Of a DNA stretch of 64,000 bases, positions 40,501 through 52,452 are shown in pieces. The notes beneath the pieces were generated by a model. The model was not told the origin of the DNA, searched no databases, and was given only the letters and a program-made list of their open reading frames with translations. Origin of the DNA: Botryllus schlosseri (taxonomy: Eukaryota); the NCBI GenBank assembly GCA_051294905.1, contig CM119373.1:3226001-3290000 (forward strand), in the 5' to 3' direction. The translations under genes were made by a program, and so were the position numbers. Each line of letters starts with the position of its first letter. Within the stretch, counting starts at the first letter, position 1.

Positions 40501-43500
40501 CAGATTTAGGTGTAGGATATCTTTTCGCCGATTTCTTTTTCGGAGTGTGTTTTACAAATATTTCTAGTACACCTAACTATAGGACGCATTTAGCAAACGT
40601 CGTACAAATTGTTTATGTGACGGCAACGACTTTGAGTGACTTGGTTTCGATCCTTTTTGTAAAAGATTGTCGGACAATGGTTTTATACTTTTCCGTAATG
40701 GTTGAGGTACGTGAACAAGTTTCCAATCAACTATTAATCGGACGTATGACTTCGGTTTAACAATTCGTAATATGTCTAAAATGCTTGCTGGTATCATAAG
40801 ACACAAATCGAAATTCATATCAATCAAGACCTTTGCATGCTCTGAGTTTTGTGGTCGCATTTATTTCGACGATAGAAATGAACTTGTATCAATAGTAACG
40901 CGAAACGTGTTTATCATTTTCGGTGCTGGTTGTGTTCGTGATTTCTTTGTCGGTATGCACTCTACAAATAATTTCTGCATGCTGAGTCGGGATGCGTTTG
41001 GTGAATATCATACAAATTGTTTTTGTGGGGGTAATGACTTTCAGCGGTTTGGTTTCATGTCGGGGAATTATTATTTGGGGGTTCAAAAACAATCAATACT
41101 ACAAATGAACAACAATGCAAAACACGTTAAGTGAATTACAGTGTAGCAAGTACTTCATTGATATTACGATTGTTGTGTACCAGACATTTCTAACTGAATT
41201 GAATGCATCTAGCAAACATATTCCAATTTGTTTTTTGTAATGATCAAAGTGTGTGAAATGGTGCGAACGGATTAAGCATTAATCAAGCGGCGATATGTCA
41301 ATTCACCCAGTGTGATATCTTGACACCGGGAAATGTGCGAAAGTGTTTCAATTCCCACCGCAGATTACGACGATAAAGTATTGTATCGGTTATTGTTCAA
41401 CAAAGAAAATTGTTGTTTCATCTTTAGTCTTGGTTACTGGAGACAATTACATTTGTAAATTATTTCCTGATTTCCACAATACGCTGCGTGGTTTTTACGA
41501 ACACGGCTTAATCTTCCCAATCAAAACATTTCAGACATGTTAATCTAGTTTTACAAATCGATATGTTAATAACAATGTTTCTGAAAAGTTTGTTGGTATC
41601 GTAATAACCTTCAACACAACCCTGGTCTAATAATGTCATAATTTAATAATCAAGTCATGATCGACTATTACAAAATCTCATATGTCAAAATCAATGCGTC
41701 AATTCGTGAAAATTTTCAATATAACACCTGCGTTCGATTGTAAGAATTCTCAACTACGTTGGTCAGACATTCAAATCTCGTATACTCAAATGTAATGTGT
41801 TAATCTCAAACCGCGCGCCAAGTAGTAATTACTTCATCTTACAGTTGAATAAAAAATATGGGATATGGATACAACTGAGTTGGTATGTTTGCGGGTTGTA
41901 GTGATTACTCGCGTAGTCTTGTCTACTTTTCATACGGACACTTTTTGTTTTGGTTTGGTGAGTTACTACAAACGGATTGACTTACCAAGGTTTTTGTATT
42001 TTACTCGTTTGTGCATGGCGAGATGTTAAAATGTTGAGTTGTCATAGTGATAGTATTTCTGAAACTCTATTTTACAAACGGAAACGGAGTCGTGAATAGA
42101 GTTGTCAGTTTCAAGGATTGTTTCAAAGTATAATCTTGAAATGTGACTGGGTGAAAGTTGGTAGTCATGTTTGTCAAACCTATTTCAATTCACGCAATGT
42201 CAAAGTCCAAATATTTCATTCTGGATTATTTGGATTTACCTTTAGTACATCCCGCGAATGGATTTAAAGTTGGCAAATTACCAAAATGATTGAATATTAT
42301 CGGGTTAGAGATAGTTGGTATTGATTCTATAAGTGTTAAAACAGCGGCGTGGAATGTGTGAATGATCCGATGCGGGTGAATGTTGGCGTCAGTAATATTC
42401 AGGTTACGTTCGATTCAACAGATCGCGTTAATAGGATTTGTCAAAGGATTTGAGTTGGGTCGAATCAATACATTCAAATACGATTCAACTTGATTTGTGT
42501 AGTGAGTTACATTTCAAGTTGATAAACTAACACATTGATTGAATATTTTCATGGATCTTATCACGCAACTAAAGTCAGCCACTATTCTGGAGGCGTGAAA
42601 CATATAGCGATCGCGGGCAAGTGACAAATTGTTGGTTTTCGAATCACCGCCTGCGACGGTTCTGTGACAAACTAATTACCGAAATATTACCTTGTGAGCG
42701 GGTATGAGGGATTTCTATGTCTGAAGCATTATCCGGTGAGTGGTCGTCGGATTTTAAAATTATATCACACCCTTTTGAATAAGCGTTCACTTCACAAAGG
42801 ATTAGGGTTAGAGCGGAAATAAGTGACAATTTGTCGCTATTCAAGTTACCGACACCGAGGTGTGAAAATTGTGCTATCGCGATGAAGTTGCGACTGTGAA
42901 CAGCAGACTATTCTGTAGGTGCGAAACAGCGGTGTGAATAATCCGATCTGAAAGTATTATTCAGGTAGCAATCAATAGCGAGGAAAGAGTTGGAACACGA
43001 TCGGTCATTTGACACGACTAAACTACGACATCATATATAATAATTTACGATATACACATTAACAAAGGTTCATTCACATGACTATTTACTTGATACATAT
43101 TCAACACCGTGCGAGAGATGCCTATACCCGAAAGGGCGATTCACGACCGCATCCATAAGAATAACGATATATCGAAGTCGCGCTCGCCGTAAACGTTAGG
43201 ATTACCCGGAATCGGTCATATATAATAATTTGGGGTATACACAATAACTAAGGATCAATCACGTGATCAATATACTTCGTAATCAACATCACCTCATGAC
43301 CGCAGCCTATACCAACTACATTAGTTCACTACGACACAAGAATCCGTGGGCACATCATCACCCCAGCATATATCTGAAAGGGTACCATCATCACCACATA
43401 GGCACATCATCACCACATGGGGGTCTGAAAGGGTACCATCACCACCACGAGTTTTCACGGCACATCATCGCCGCAGCCTATACCAGAAAGGGTACCATCA

Positions 43501-43845
43501 TCACCGCATCCATAAGAACACATGGCACCTCACCAGAGATCCCATAAGAACCAATGGCACATCACCAGAGATCCCGTAAGAAACAATGGCACATCACGAG
43601 CGATAGGGGGTCTGAAATGGTACCATCAACAACACGAAGGTACCAACACGAGTTTTCACGGCACATCACCGACGAAGCCTATACCGGAAAGGGTACCATC
43701 ACCAGAGATCCCATAAGAACACATGGCACCTCACCAGCGGAAGGGGGGGTCAAAAGGGTGCCATCACCAACACGAGTTTCGCGGCACCTCACCAGCGGGC
43801 CCATAAGAACCCTATGGCGATTCGCGACCGATCTATACTACTACT
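37517..43845 (-). repeat. Right arm of palindrome 2 (6329 bp)
   Basis: Inverted copy of the left arm plus a 689-bp subterminal block and a net 2-bp indel near 37680. Confidence 0.96.
43340..43830. repeat. Subterminal array of GGCACMTCA/GGTACCATCA motifs, mostly ~32-bp spacing
   Basis: About 15 motif copies (e.g. 43491, 43524, 43556, 43588, 43619, 43692, 43725, 43757) separated by linkers such as CCATAAGAAC. Confidence 0.85.
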
Positions 43846-45650
43846 CACGTTTATGTTACTTATGATGCTTGAGGAGTAGTCGATACTTACGAAACGGTGT
43901 TAATTTATTCGCAAGTACAATTGGACCTAGCTTCTTCCAGGACAAGACAAAACTACTGACACACAAGGCTTGTGGTCGCGGACCCTTTCGACTCTAGTTA
44001 GGCTATTTATAAATGCCTAAAATAAGCTAACTACACTGGCGAGATGTGGTAGCGTAGTCCCACTCACAACGTCATTGTCCGGGGATTGTAATCTGGTTTT
44101 GTAGCTTCCTGATGACGTAAATCAACATTATGCCATTTCATGGCCCTACTAAATTTAGTTCGCGGTCTCAAGTTTGTCGATCCATGTCAAAGAAGGAGTA
44201 GAGGGCTGGCTAAAAAGTATTCCAATACGTAAGGGGTCGCAGATTTGTTTAACGATTATGTTTAAAAGCCCATTAACCTCCTGAATTACTCTGGAAATGG
44301 TTTAAAAACTGTAATACTCGGTTCAAACCCCACTACCCAACACTCTTGGTTTGAAAATGTTGGACGTCCAGAAATAACAACTGACCCACATCTTAAGATG
44401 CCTTGCGATAAACGGTCCGTGCCCTCTTCTAACGGTTTCCAACATTCATAAATAACGGGCTACCAAGCAGCATATACTGGAATCTTGTAGTCTCGTATTG
44501 TCAACATCGATAAGATGTCTTGTCCCCAAAAGAGATGTGAACCGAACTTTATTCGGTTAACTATTTACCTGTATTACAAAAATACCATCATCGAACACGC
44601 AAATCTTTAAATCCATTTACCCGGTACGGTAATCCATCAAAAATGATCAATATCTATTTCACGGGAGAATGGTCTTCCGAGTATAGATTAGGCGACATCA
44701 GAGTCACTATACCTCCTGTCGAAATGGAGATTCCTTATTTCTTGATAGACCTACGAAAGCGTATTAAGTGATAATACAAAACATCATTTCTATCTGTACG
44801 TCCATTTCGTGTCGCTTTTATCCAATCACACGTAGCAGGATATGAAAATGAGTGCGTTTCTTCAAGTTACAGTTAAATCATATAAATGTCACGACACGGC
44901 GCAGAATATGACATCACCATACAGAGACAAGCCGATTCTAGCCTTCAAATTACAGTCAGGCCAACATTCAATATTTGATTATATTTTACCGACAAAATAT
45001 ATTCGCAAATTTACCCAAATGATATGTGATAGAAAATTTGCATTCTATATACGTATGAACGTAACTATAAGAGACAGCTATACAGTTGTTGAACACATGG
45101 TGCGCAAAAATGAAACCATACGAACATGAATAGACATAGCAAGCAGGTGTGGTTACTAGTCAACACTGCCTTGAAGTGTCACATCAACAAATTGGCCAAA
45201 AAGAATGTAGCTTGAGAAAAGCGCCCCTTTTTCTGTTTTGAGTTCAAAGTTATCGCAATAAATTAGCATAAGGGGTCAGTAACGAAGTATACTTGTACCT
45301 CTACTTCTACCTCAAGTAGATTTTGCATATACTTACACTACTTCCTCAATTGGTTATGTCTTATAGAGTAATTCTGCTTGACAATTTTCAGATTTCTATT
45401 TAAAACTAGGCCTGGAATACTTACTATTTTATTTACTTGGAAATAGCTTCTTCTAATTATACTATTGTATAAATTTACTTCGACGCCACTAATTCTACTT
45501 AAGTACCGCCTCTGTAAATTAGTAGCCCTACTTCTTTTCGGAGTACGCTTTTAAAGACCGCTTCCTTGCACCAAATTAGGGTGTTTTCTCTAATGGTCTA
45601 CTTACACCTCTATCACTGGCTGAACAAATTCTGAAACTAAACATATTACT

Positions 45651-45892
45651 GTGGCGAGATAGCGTAGTGGTATAATCCACAGCTGCCACACCAATGCCAA
45701 TGGGTTGCGGGTTCGAGTCCGATCGAGGTCGACTCCTCCTCGCCCTATCATCCGTGTACGCGGTGTCTTATAAAAAGCCTAGAATCGGGCCGTGCTACAA
45801 TTCGGCAGCTACGGAATGAAAGTAACAAACAATGACCTGTAATAAATGACCATAGTAGTCGACAAAGGAATATGAATACAACAACAAACAAA
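45651..45892 (+). mobile_element. tRNA-derived SINE
   Basis: A-box-like GATAGCGTAGTGG, B box GGTTCGAGTCC, (CAA)n-like tail; homologous copies at 47909-48199 and 51284-51520. Confidence 0.8.
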
Positions 45893-46746
45893 TATACATA
45901 TTGCTCTTATTTCCATAATCCATTCCATTTTGCTTTCGAAGCGTGAAATCTTGAACATCAACGCCCGTATGTAAATTACAGCAACATGTGTCACTTCAAT
46001 AGCGTTGGTCATAATGTCGTCAAAAGGTACGCATCAAGTTACCATGTTATCACGTTATACGGGAAGTATTCGAGCAGAAACGGAAGTTATACTGTTTACA
46101 GAAGTTTGCCATGTACTGAAGGATCGTAGCTACAGCCACAGAGAGGCTGTTTCTCAACACTAAACTCTAACAGTACGGAGTTTCTCACCACCCTACTGCC
46201 CCCAATTATTACTACAGCCCCTACAATGATACAAAACTTTATTGTCACCAGAAGCAAAGTCGATAAAAAGCGGACTGACTGATCTGTCCTCTTTTCTTTA
46301 GAAAAGCGAATGGTCCTCCGAGGACGGTCAAAAATGCCAAAACGACTTTTTTCGCATTTCGAGTTGTTGCTTTTACTTTCATCAAGACTTCTAGGCGAGA
46401 CGTAATGTTATTTTCAAAAAATACTGTACATATAAAACAGGATGAATTGCTATAGTTTAGAAATCTAATATGTAGTCCTCCTTCTTGATTGTTATTGCAA
46501 TGATTATTCGACGTTCTTTGTAGCATCGGGGCCTTTTTACATGCGAGGATATGTCGCAATTTTTCTGATGAAAGTTCGAACTTAACAGACCGTAACGAAA
46601 GTATCTATATACTCGTCTCGATAATTCCGTGGTTCGTATTCTACATGTAAAGTTAAGTTCGTGTTCTCGTTTTACATGCCGGCAAAGAAAATGAACTCTG
46701 TTCTGGTGCTGAAAATATGGTATGCCGGTACTCCAAGCGCATAAAC

Positions 46747-46959
46747 CTATAAACACTGGACATGGTCTGCTGTCTTCGAACACAATACTCCGTTTACTTG
46801 ATATCCTGGCACATGATTCATCAGTCCATCACCGCGGTCTTTGTTGTTTCCCTTCCATTGAAGGTAGATTTTGTTTTTTGTACCTGTATAGTTCGGTGTG
46901 GGCTCATGGCTGATTCTGAACCAGTTATAATGGGCGTCTACGGGATCTGTACTGCTTGT
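46747..46959 (-). CDS. C-type lectin gene, last exon
   Basis: TTTCTTTCAG acceptor; TSSTDPVDAHYNWFRISHEP...GLMNHVPGYQVNGVLCSKTADHVQCL*. Confidence 0.85.
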   Translation of the reverse strand, partial: TSSTDPVDAHYNWFRISHEPTPNYTGTKNKIYLQWKGNNKDRGDGLMNHVPGYQVNGVLCSKTADHVQCL

Positions 46960-47007
46960 CTGAAAGAAAAAAGATCTCGCGTATTCGATGTAGCCTATCC
47001 AATGCTT

Positions 47008-47062
47008 ATAGTGGTAGTGGTGGTGGTGGTAGTAGTGGTGGTGGTAGTAGTGGTATAGTGGT
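47008..47062. repeat. (GTG/GTA)n microsatellite in the lectin intron
   Basis: Direct trinucleotide repeat. Confidence 0.9.
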
Positions 47063-47179
47063 TCCGCAAAGCCATGCAGATTAACCTAAGTGTTCCGCGG
47101 ACACTAAAAGTTAAGAACCACTGCATTGAATGATCTAACAGCTAACATTCCTCTGTTACCGTGAATTTGCAATGCTCAC

Positions 47180-47415
47180 CGACGGATTTATGGTCATTCC
47201 AGTCCATATCCCGGCCCAGTCCCATTCACGTTTCAACATGTCCATAGCTAACCGACCCTCCTCCATAATTTCTCGATCGATTTTGTGCGTCCGAATCATG
47301 GCTACGGTCGAATTGTCCCTACTGCAAATACGAGCTGCCCTTTCAAAATCAACAACGCGTTCCGCATACATTTTAATCCAATAGCAGTCTTCCAATATAT
47401 CGTCGTTGCAGAATT
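47180..47415 (-). CDS. C-type lectin gene, exon 3 (N-terminal half of CTLD)
   Basis: TTTAG acceptor, GTGAG donor; EFCNDDILEDCYWIKMY...ICSRDNSTVAMI...IWTGMTINPS. Confidence 0.88.
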
Positions 47416-47908
47416 CTAAATGAAGAAATAGCAATCTCGTATTTATTAATCACTAGGGCGATTTTTTTTTTACATGTAAAAAAAGTCAAAATAAGGTCAC
47501 AATTTTAGCGTTAGGTCAAAAAATGACAAAATTGTTTACAAAGACAAAATTTTTTGCAACCTGCATTTCGCTTGTATCGTAGATTTTGCACAATCCGTGA
47601 ACATATCGTTTGACAATATACAGCTTGTAGCCTACTTTATAGGCCTACCGTTGCAAACGGCGCATTGTCTGCTCATTGTGAATCATAAACAGTTAAATGA
47701 AACAAATAGGTTGACACGGTGTTATGCTCAACGTACCGCGATATCCTAAGTGAAGCAAGACTGCGTGGGCATTGCATAGCTTTTACAGAAAATGAGATGA
47801 ACAGCATTGTAAGAATGAACCAACACTGTGTGTCACCAGCAGTGTACGCACGCACAACTTCAGTGTTGTCAGCCAACAGCTGCTACGGTTGAACGTTCTT
47901 TCTCCATT

Positions 47909-48199
47909 CTTCTTGTTGTTGTTTGTATATTCATGGTGTTTGTCGACTGCAATGGTCATTTACACCAGGCCGATATTCTTTATTTTCGATTCCGCATCCG
48001 ACGACTATCTGCCGACTTGTAGCACGGCCCACTTCTATGCTTTTTGTAAGTCACCGTTTACGCGGATGAGATGGCGCGGAAAAACCTAGATAAACCTTCA
48101 ACACTTGGGTAGGAATTCTGGAGTCAACCTTGGTCGGACTAGTGCCCACAACCCATTGGTGTTGTAGCTGTGGTTAATCCCACTACGCTATCTCGCCAC
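47909..48199 (-). mobile_element. tRNA-derived SINE, same family as 45651-45892
   Basis: Minus strand begins GTGGCGAGATAGCGTAGTGG, shares GGGCCGTGCTACAA and GTCGACAAA, and ends in CAA repeats. Confidence 0.8.
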
Positions 48200-50197
48200 A
48201 TCTCCATCCATGGCAAGCTACTTAGTAAAGACGACACTTTTTACCCGAGAATCAGGGATATCTATAACTAGATATTTAGATATCCCTGCTGAGAATGTAG
48301 GAAAGTATCTTTCGTTGTACTACAACAAATTTTAATTATTTTCACCATAGTACGTCATGTACTGGAATTCATCATAGGGTCACATTTTGTTAAAATAATC
48401 TTTTGTTATGTAAAAATTTGTCAGTTTTTGGGTCGAAAAAGTTTTTTCAGGGAAAACTACTTCGTAAGGACAGACGGTTCGAACTAGAAATGAGGATAAG
48501 TAGTACAAGTCTAACCTTTTTTGGGAAAACACCTAATTTGCATACCTTAGGTCAAAATTTAGTTTTTTAAGTCAAAAAACGTCAAAATTTAGATTTTTTA
48601 GGTAAAAATCTTTCGTTTTTTAGGTCAAAAAAATCGCCTTAATAATCGCTGCTTGCACGATGGAATTACCGTAAACTCATCAATATATGAACATCACAAA
48701 GTATAACTTTCTAATATGAAAGGAGAAAGTCGTCTGTAGCCTATTATAGGTATTGGTGATTATTAGGGGTGGGCTCATTGATTCTAGTTCTAGAATCCGA
48801 ATCGAATATTAATTGTGATGATTCGAGTCGACTAGTGAGAGACGTTTTTCGAGCACTGAAATTTTACTTCCCTATCCACTACGAGTTACATTATCAACGA
48901 GAATTATAGTTTCGGTGCTTTTTCCCCAGAGTGGAAACCTTGAAATCATGACTGGTCGCATAACAGCATCCAAAGCATATGGTACTAAGCCACGATCAGC
49001 CTGCAACATTGTAACAAAGACAAACGAAATAGGTACAGTAGGGAAATACTAAATTATCTTTATGTGGTGTATAACTGCCATCATTTTCGTTGTGGCAGCA
49101 TGATAGGTACATATTTGAAGACTCCATATCATTAGGGTTGCCATTAGTGTTGCATTTAAAACAAATGGTTGTTTAAAACATGTTTTAAACAGTATTTCCA
49201 ACAAAGGCCTTTTAAAAAATTATTTTTTTCAAGTTGTAAAATCATGCCATAACTGTGTAAATATTTAACAAAAAACGTGTTGCATGAGCCTACGGACAAT
49301 TACCACCCGATATAACCGACGTATATACGATATAGGATGGTTGGAACTCTCAAAATAGTCGGTTCAACAGCTATATTACGTAGATATTTCATCAACGAGG
49401 CTGTATTTACCCTTAAATTTCAATTGACAATGTCAATCCAATATGACGTCACAGTTGAGTATCCATGATGTCATTGCTTTAAAAAAACATATTCTATACA
49501 AGTGCCTTGTTGTAAACATGTTTGATTTAAATGCAACCCTAGTTACCATACGTCCTCCACTTTTTTCAAAACATTACCATACCCCACCTTGCCATACGTC
49601 CATACCACACCATACCATACCATACGTCCTCCACTTTTTTCAAAAAATTGAAATTGTCGTCGAAGTACGCCTAACTGTACTCTTTTTGGGAATGTGTCCT
49701 CAATGTCGATAAAAAGGATGAAAATGCGACCAAAAATGCGACCCTGGCGCAGCGTCAGGGTTTCGTAAAACATCGGGTAGATCAGGAGACGAGTCAAAGG
49801 GATGACCTTTTTTTAGTCGGCGCTACACATTGTTGTAAAAAAGCGAGTAATTCGTGAGTCGAGCCGAAGTGATGTCCCTTTTTTTAGTCAACAGGGTACC
49901 ATCGGTTCAAAAATGTTCAAAATCACCAGTTTTCTTGTCCGGTGCTGGAGCTTTCAGAATTTTTTGAAAAAGCCTAATACTTTGCCTCTCCTCTCCTTAT
50001 TCGCGCAGTGTTTCTGCACAACAAATATGAAAATTAGTGTAGTTGTGTGAAAAAAGTTCATATTTAGTTAATCATGAACATCGACGGTAAATAACAATAA
50101 TTATTGAGGGTTTTCGCAATTTTTCTCTTACACATCCTAATGACAGGTGAGGCACTGCCTTCCCTGACCGCACGTAACTGCATCACAACATACCAAC

Positions 50198-50364
50198 CTC
50201 TAGGGCAGCAAGATCCGGTTCTGTAAGTTGAGATGCTGCTCACAGAACGCTCATCGTTTGAATCCGAGCTTGAACCTTTAGAAGCAAAGAGCCGCGATGC
50301 GTCTATAGCGATTTCGCCTTGGAGTGCCGGCTCGATACAACAAATCTGTCGTAGATCGTTTTGT
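50198..50364 (-). CDS. C-type lectin gene, exon 2
   Basis: Open 167-bp exon QNDLRQICCIEPALQG...TGSCCPR, phase-compatible with both neighbours. Confidence 0.65.
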
Positions 50365-51283
50365 CTTGAAAGAATGAAGACTCGTGTCAGTTATCGATAT
50401 GAGAAATGATGCGAACTTTTGAGTTCGGTGTGAGAACCTTCATAACAGGTGACAAGTCAATCTGGCTTTTTTAAGTTTTGACTCGAATCAAGTCGAATCA
50501 TTTCCAAGTCCGAGTCCAAGTCAGGGAGCAATGGGTCGAATCAGAGTCATAGAGTTGGGACTCGAGTCCTTGTCTCTGATAAGTCCCCGTGGTATCAGTT
50601 TGATACATACCCGGTAACCTTCGCCCCAACTAACTAAGCTACCTCGGTCACTTCGAATAACAATTTCATCATGGCTACGACTGTGAGTGTGAGCAATGTC
50701 TTACAAAATATACTCACGATTCACTTTCGGATACCTTCCAGTGTAGTAAACCATTTGAAAGAACTAATTCCGAGGTAACATTGCCCGTGGTCCAGTTAGA
50801 ACTCGACTGACAAGCTTGAGAAAATAAATACGAGCGCTGTAGTATTAATAGTACGATATCACAAGTGTGCAGAATACTGAACATATTCGAACAGTCGAAA
50901 TTGATTGAATAGTTATCGAATAACTCGAGCATCGTATTTATAATGATACACACAATTATATCGGATCTGTAGCATTGATTGTAGTTGTAAAAGCAAAGTA
51001 CCGTGTTACTTTATGAATCGGTGGCCAGCCTCTGTCACTCCCTAGGTCCTTCAAATGGACGCACTTTGATAGTAGGTAGTTATAGTATGACGGTAAATTG
51101 CCCTAAAGTTGAAAATCGCGGGCTCCTCACCCTCAGTGATCTCTTTTACTGTTATATGACTGAACTTATGTAAACAGTGTAAAGTGTACAATAGAATATA
51201 CTGCAACAGTATAATTTACACAATGTACATTGTACGTGGCAGGATTTCACTTTTGCTGTGTAACCCAACTGGCAGCCTGTGCC

Positions 51284-51520
51284 TTGTTTTTGTTATTGTT
51301 TTTCGTATTCATGGTGGTTCGACTAAAACTGTCATTGTACAGTGTACACCAGGTCTATATTCTTTGTTATTATCATTCTTGATCGCATATTTGTAGCACG
51401 GTTCACTTTCGTTTTAGAATTTTGTAAGCCATCGCTTCCGCTGATCAGATGGTAAGGAGGATCCTAAGAAACCTGCAACATTTTTAGTATGAATTCTGAA
51501 GTAGACTTGTCGATCCGACG
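51284..51520 (-). mobile_element. Older, partial copy of the same SINE
   Basis: Shares CCGTGCTACAA, AAAGAATAT...CCTGGTGTA, CACCATGAATA and an A/CAA-rich tail. Confidence 0.65.
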
Positions 51521-51916
51521 AAAACGTAGCATGTTGGCAATAAATGTTGAGACTTCTTTGTGTGTGGTTAGGGTCGGTTGATATTTATAAAACTCAGATT
51601 CGAACTCAGATCAGAAAGTCTGTGAACCTGACATACAATCTCATTAACTCAAATAAATTTCCATTTATCGGCAGAATAAACATCATTTGCGACCACATCC
51701 CGAAAAAGGCAATAGAGACTTTTGAAGTTACTAAACTTCGATTTTGAAACGGTATATTGATAATCAAATAAACATGAATATTTTCGGCTGGTACTCGTCA
51801 GGGGTAATCGTTAGCAACTAGTAGAGAATTGAAATGAGCATTGTACGTCAGACTCGGTAAGCTAAGCTGACCAATATCAGCCGACGTTGGTGTACGCACA
51901 GCTCGATTCTCGTTAC

Positions 51917-52070
51917 CTGTAGTGACTCCAGGTTCAGCGGTAGCCGGATAGATAGTGGTTTGAATTTTGCAATTCCCGTTGTTGCACTTTGAAAACAAGG
52001 CTTGAATATCCGCTACTGCACTTGGATCTGGTGACAGTATATTCGGTCGTGAGATATTAAAAATAAGCAC
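51917..52070 (-). pseudogene. Exon-like fragment of unknown protein, paralogous to 1735-1900
   Basis: LIFNISRPNILSPDPSAVADIQALFSKCNNGNCKIQTTIYP...TTG|GTAA. Confidence 0.45.
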
Positions 52071-52452
52071 ACTTTACTGATACATATCACATACTGATTA
52101 TTTTTAGGGCGCATTAGTTTCCCCTATAGTCGATTACCTCTCTTTATTCATTGAGATGGTGGTTAATTAGAAATGGTGGTGTTTTTCTCGTAGGCGTAGC
52201 CAGGATGAAATTTTGGGAAGGGTTGGGTGGATTTGTTGTCAATAATGTAACATCACAAATGCGTTGTGACGTTCTGAATAACGATAACATAAAATTACGC
52301 ATTTCTTGAATTTTGTATGGTTTATAACCGTTTTTCCTCGCACAGAATATGAATGACACGACTTCCACCGAGGCGAAGAAGTTACTGGTACATGGCTATA
52401 ATTTGAACAAGGTTTTTAATAATGACATTATGAATCTATATAAGATCTATAA

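Larger units (their letters stand above)
30926..43845. mobile_element. Giant palindromic Polinton/Maverick-like non-autonomous element, copy 2 (12,920 bp)
   Basis: Termini AGTAGTAGTATA...TATACTACTACT; perfect 6-bp TSD CACGTT (30920-30925, 43846-43851); inverted arms around a 953-bp loop homologous to that of copy 1. Confidence 0.9.
46747..50672 (-). pseudogene. Four-exon secreted C-type lectin-domain gene with premature stop: join(50611-50672, 50198-50364, 47180-47415, 46747-46959)
   Basis: GT-AG introns with consistent phases (2,1,0) give 226 codons; CTLD motifs DCYW, AARICS, IWTGM, GVLC; gccATG start; in-frame TAG at codon 13 (50634-50636). Confidence 0.75.

Noticed and set aside
10915..43845. 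Palindromes as assembly or amplification fold-back artefacts
   Set aside because: Distinct perfect 6-bp TSDs, arm-specific SNPs and indels, a shared loop with identical junctions in two diverged copies, and nesting within a hAT element all argue for real insertions. Read-level confirmation is still advisable.
43263..43865. His-rich ORFs (43263-43547 and overlapping frames)
   Set aside because: Translation by-products of the CATCAC-rich subterminal array; absent from the other arm.
44545..44750. Possible additional minus-strand exon
   Set aside because: The best frame has two stops and no recognisable domain; cannot be supported.
45651..45730. Functional tRNA gene
   Set aside because: Has A/B-like boxes but no clean cloverleaf, and continues into a body and tail shared with other copies, so it is a SINE head.
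46762..47058. ORF with poly-Val tail
   Set aside because: Antisense to a lectin exon and runs into a GTG/GTA microsatellite.
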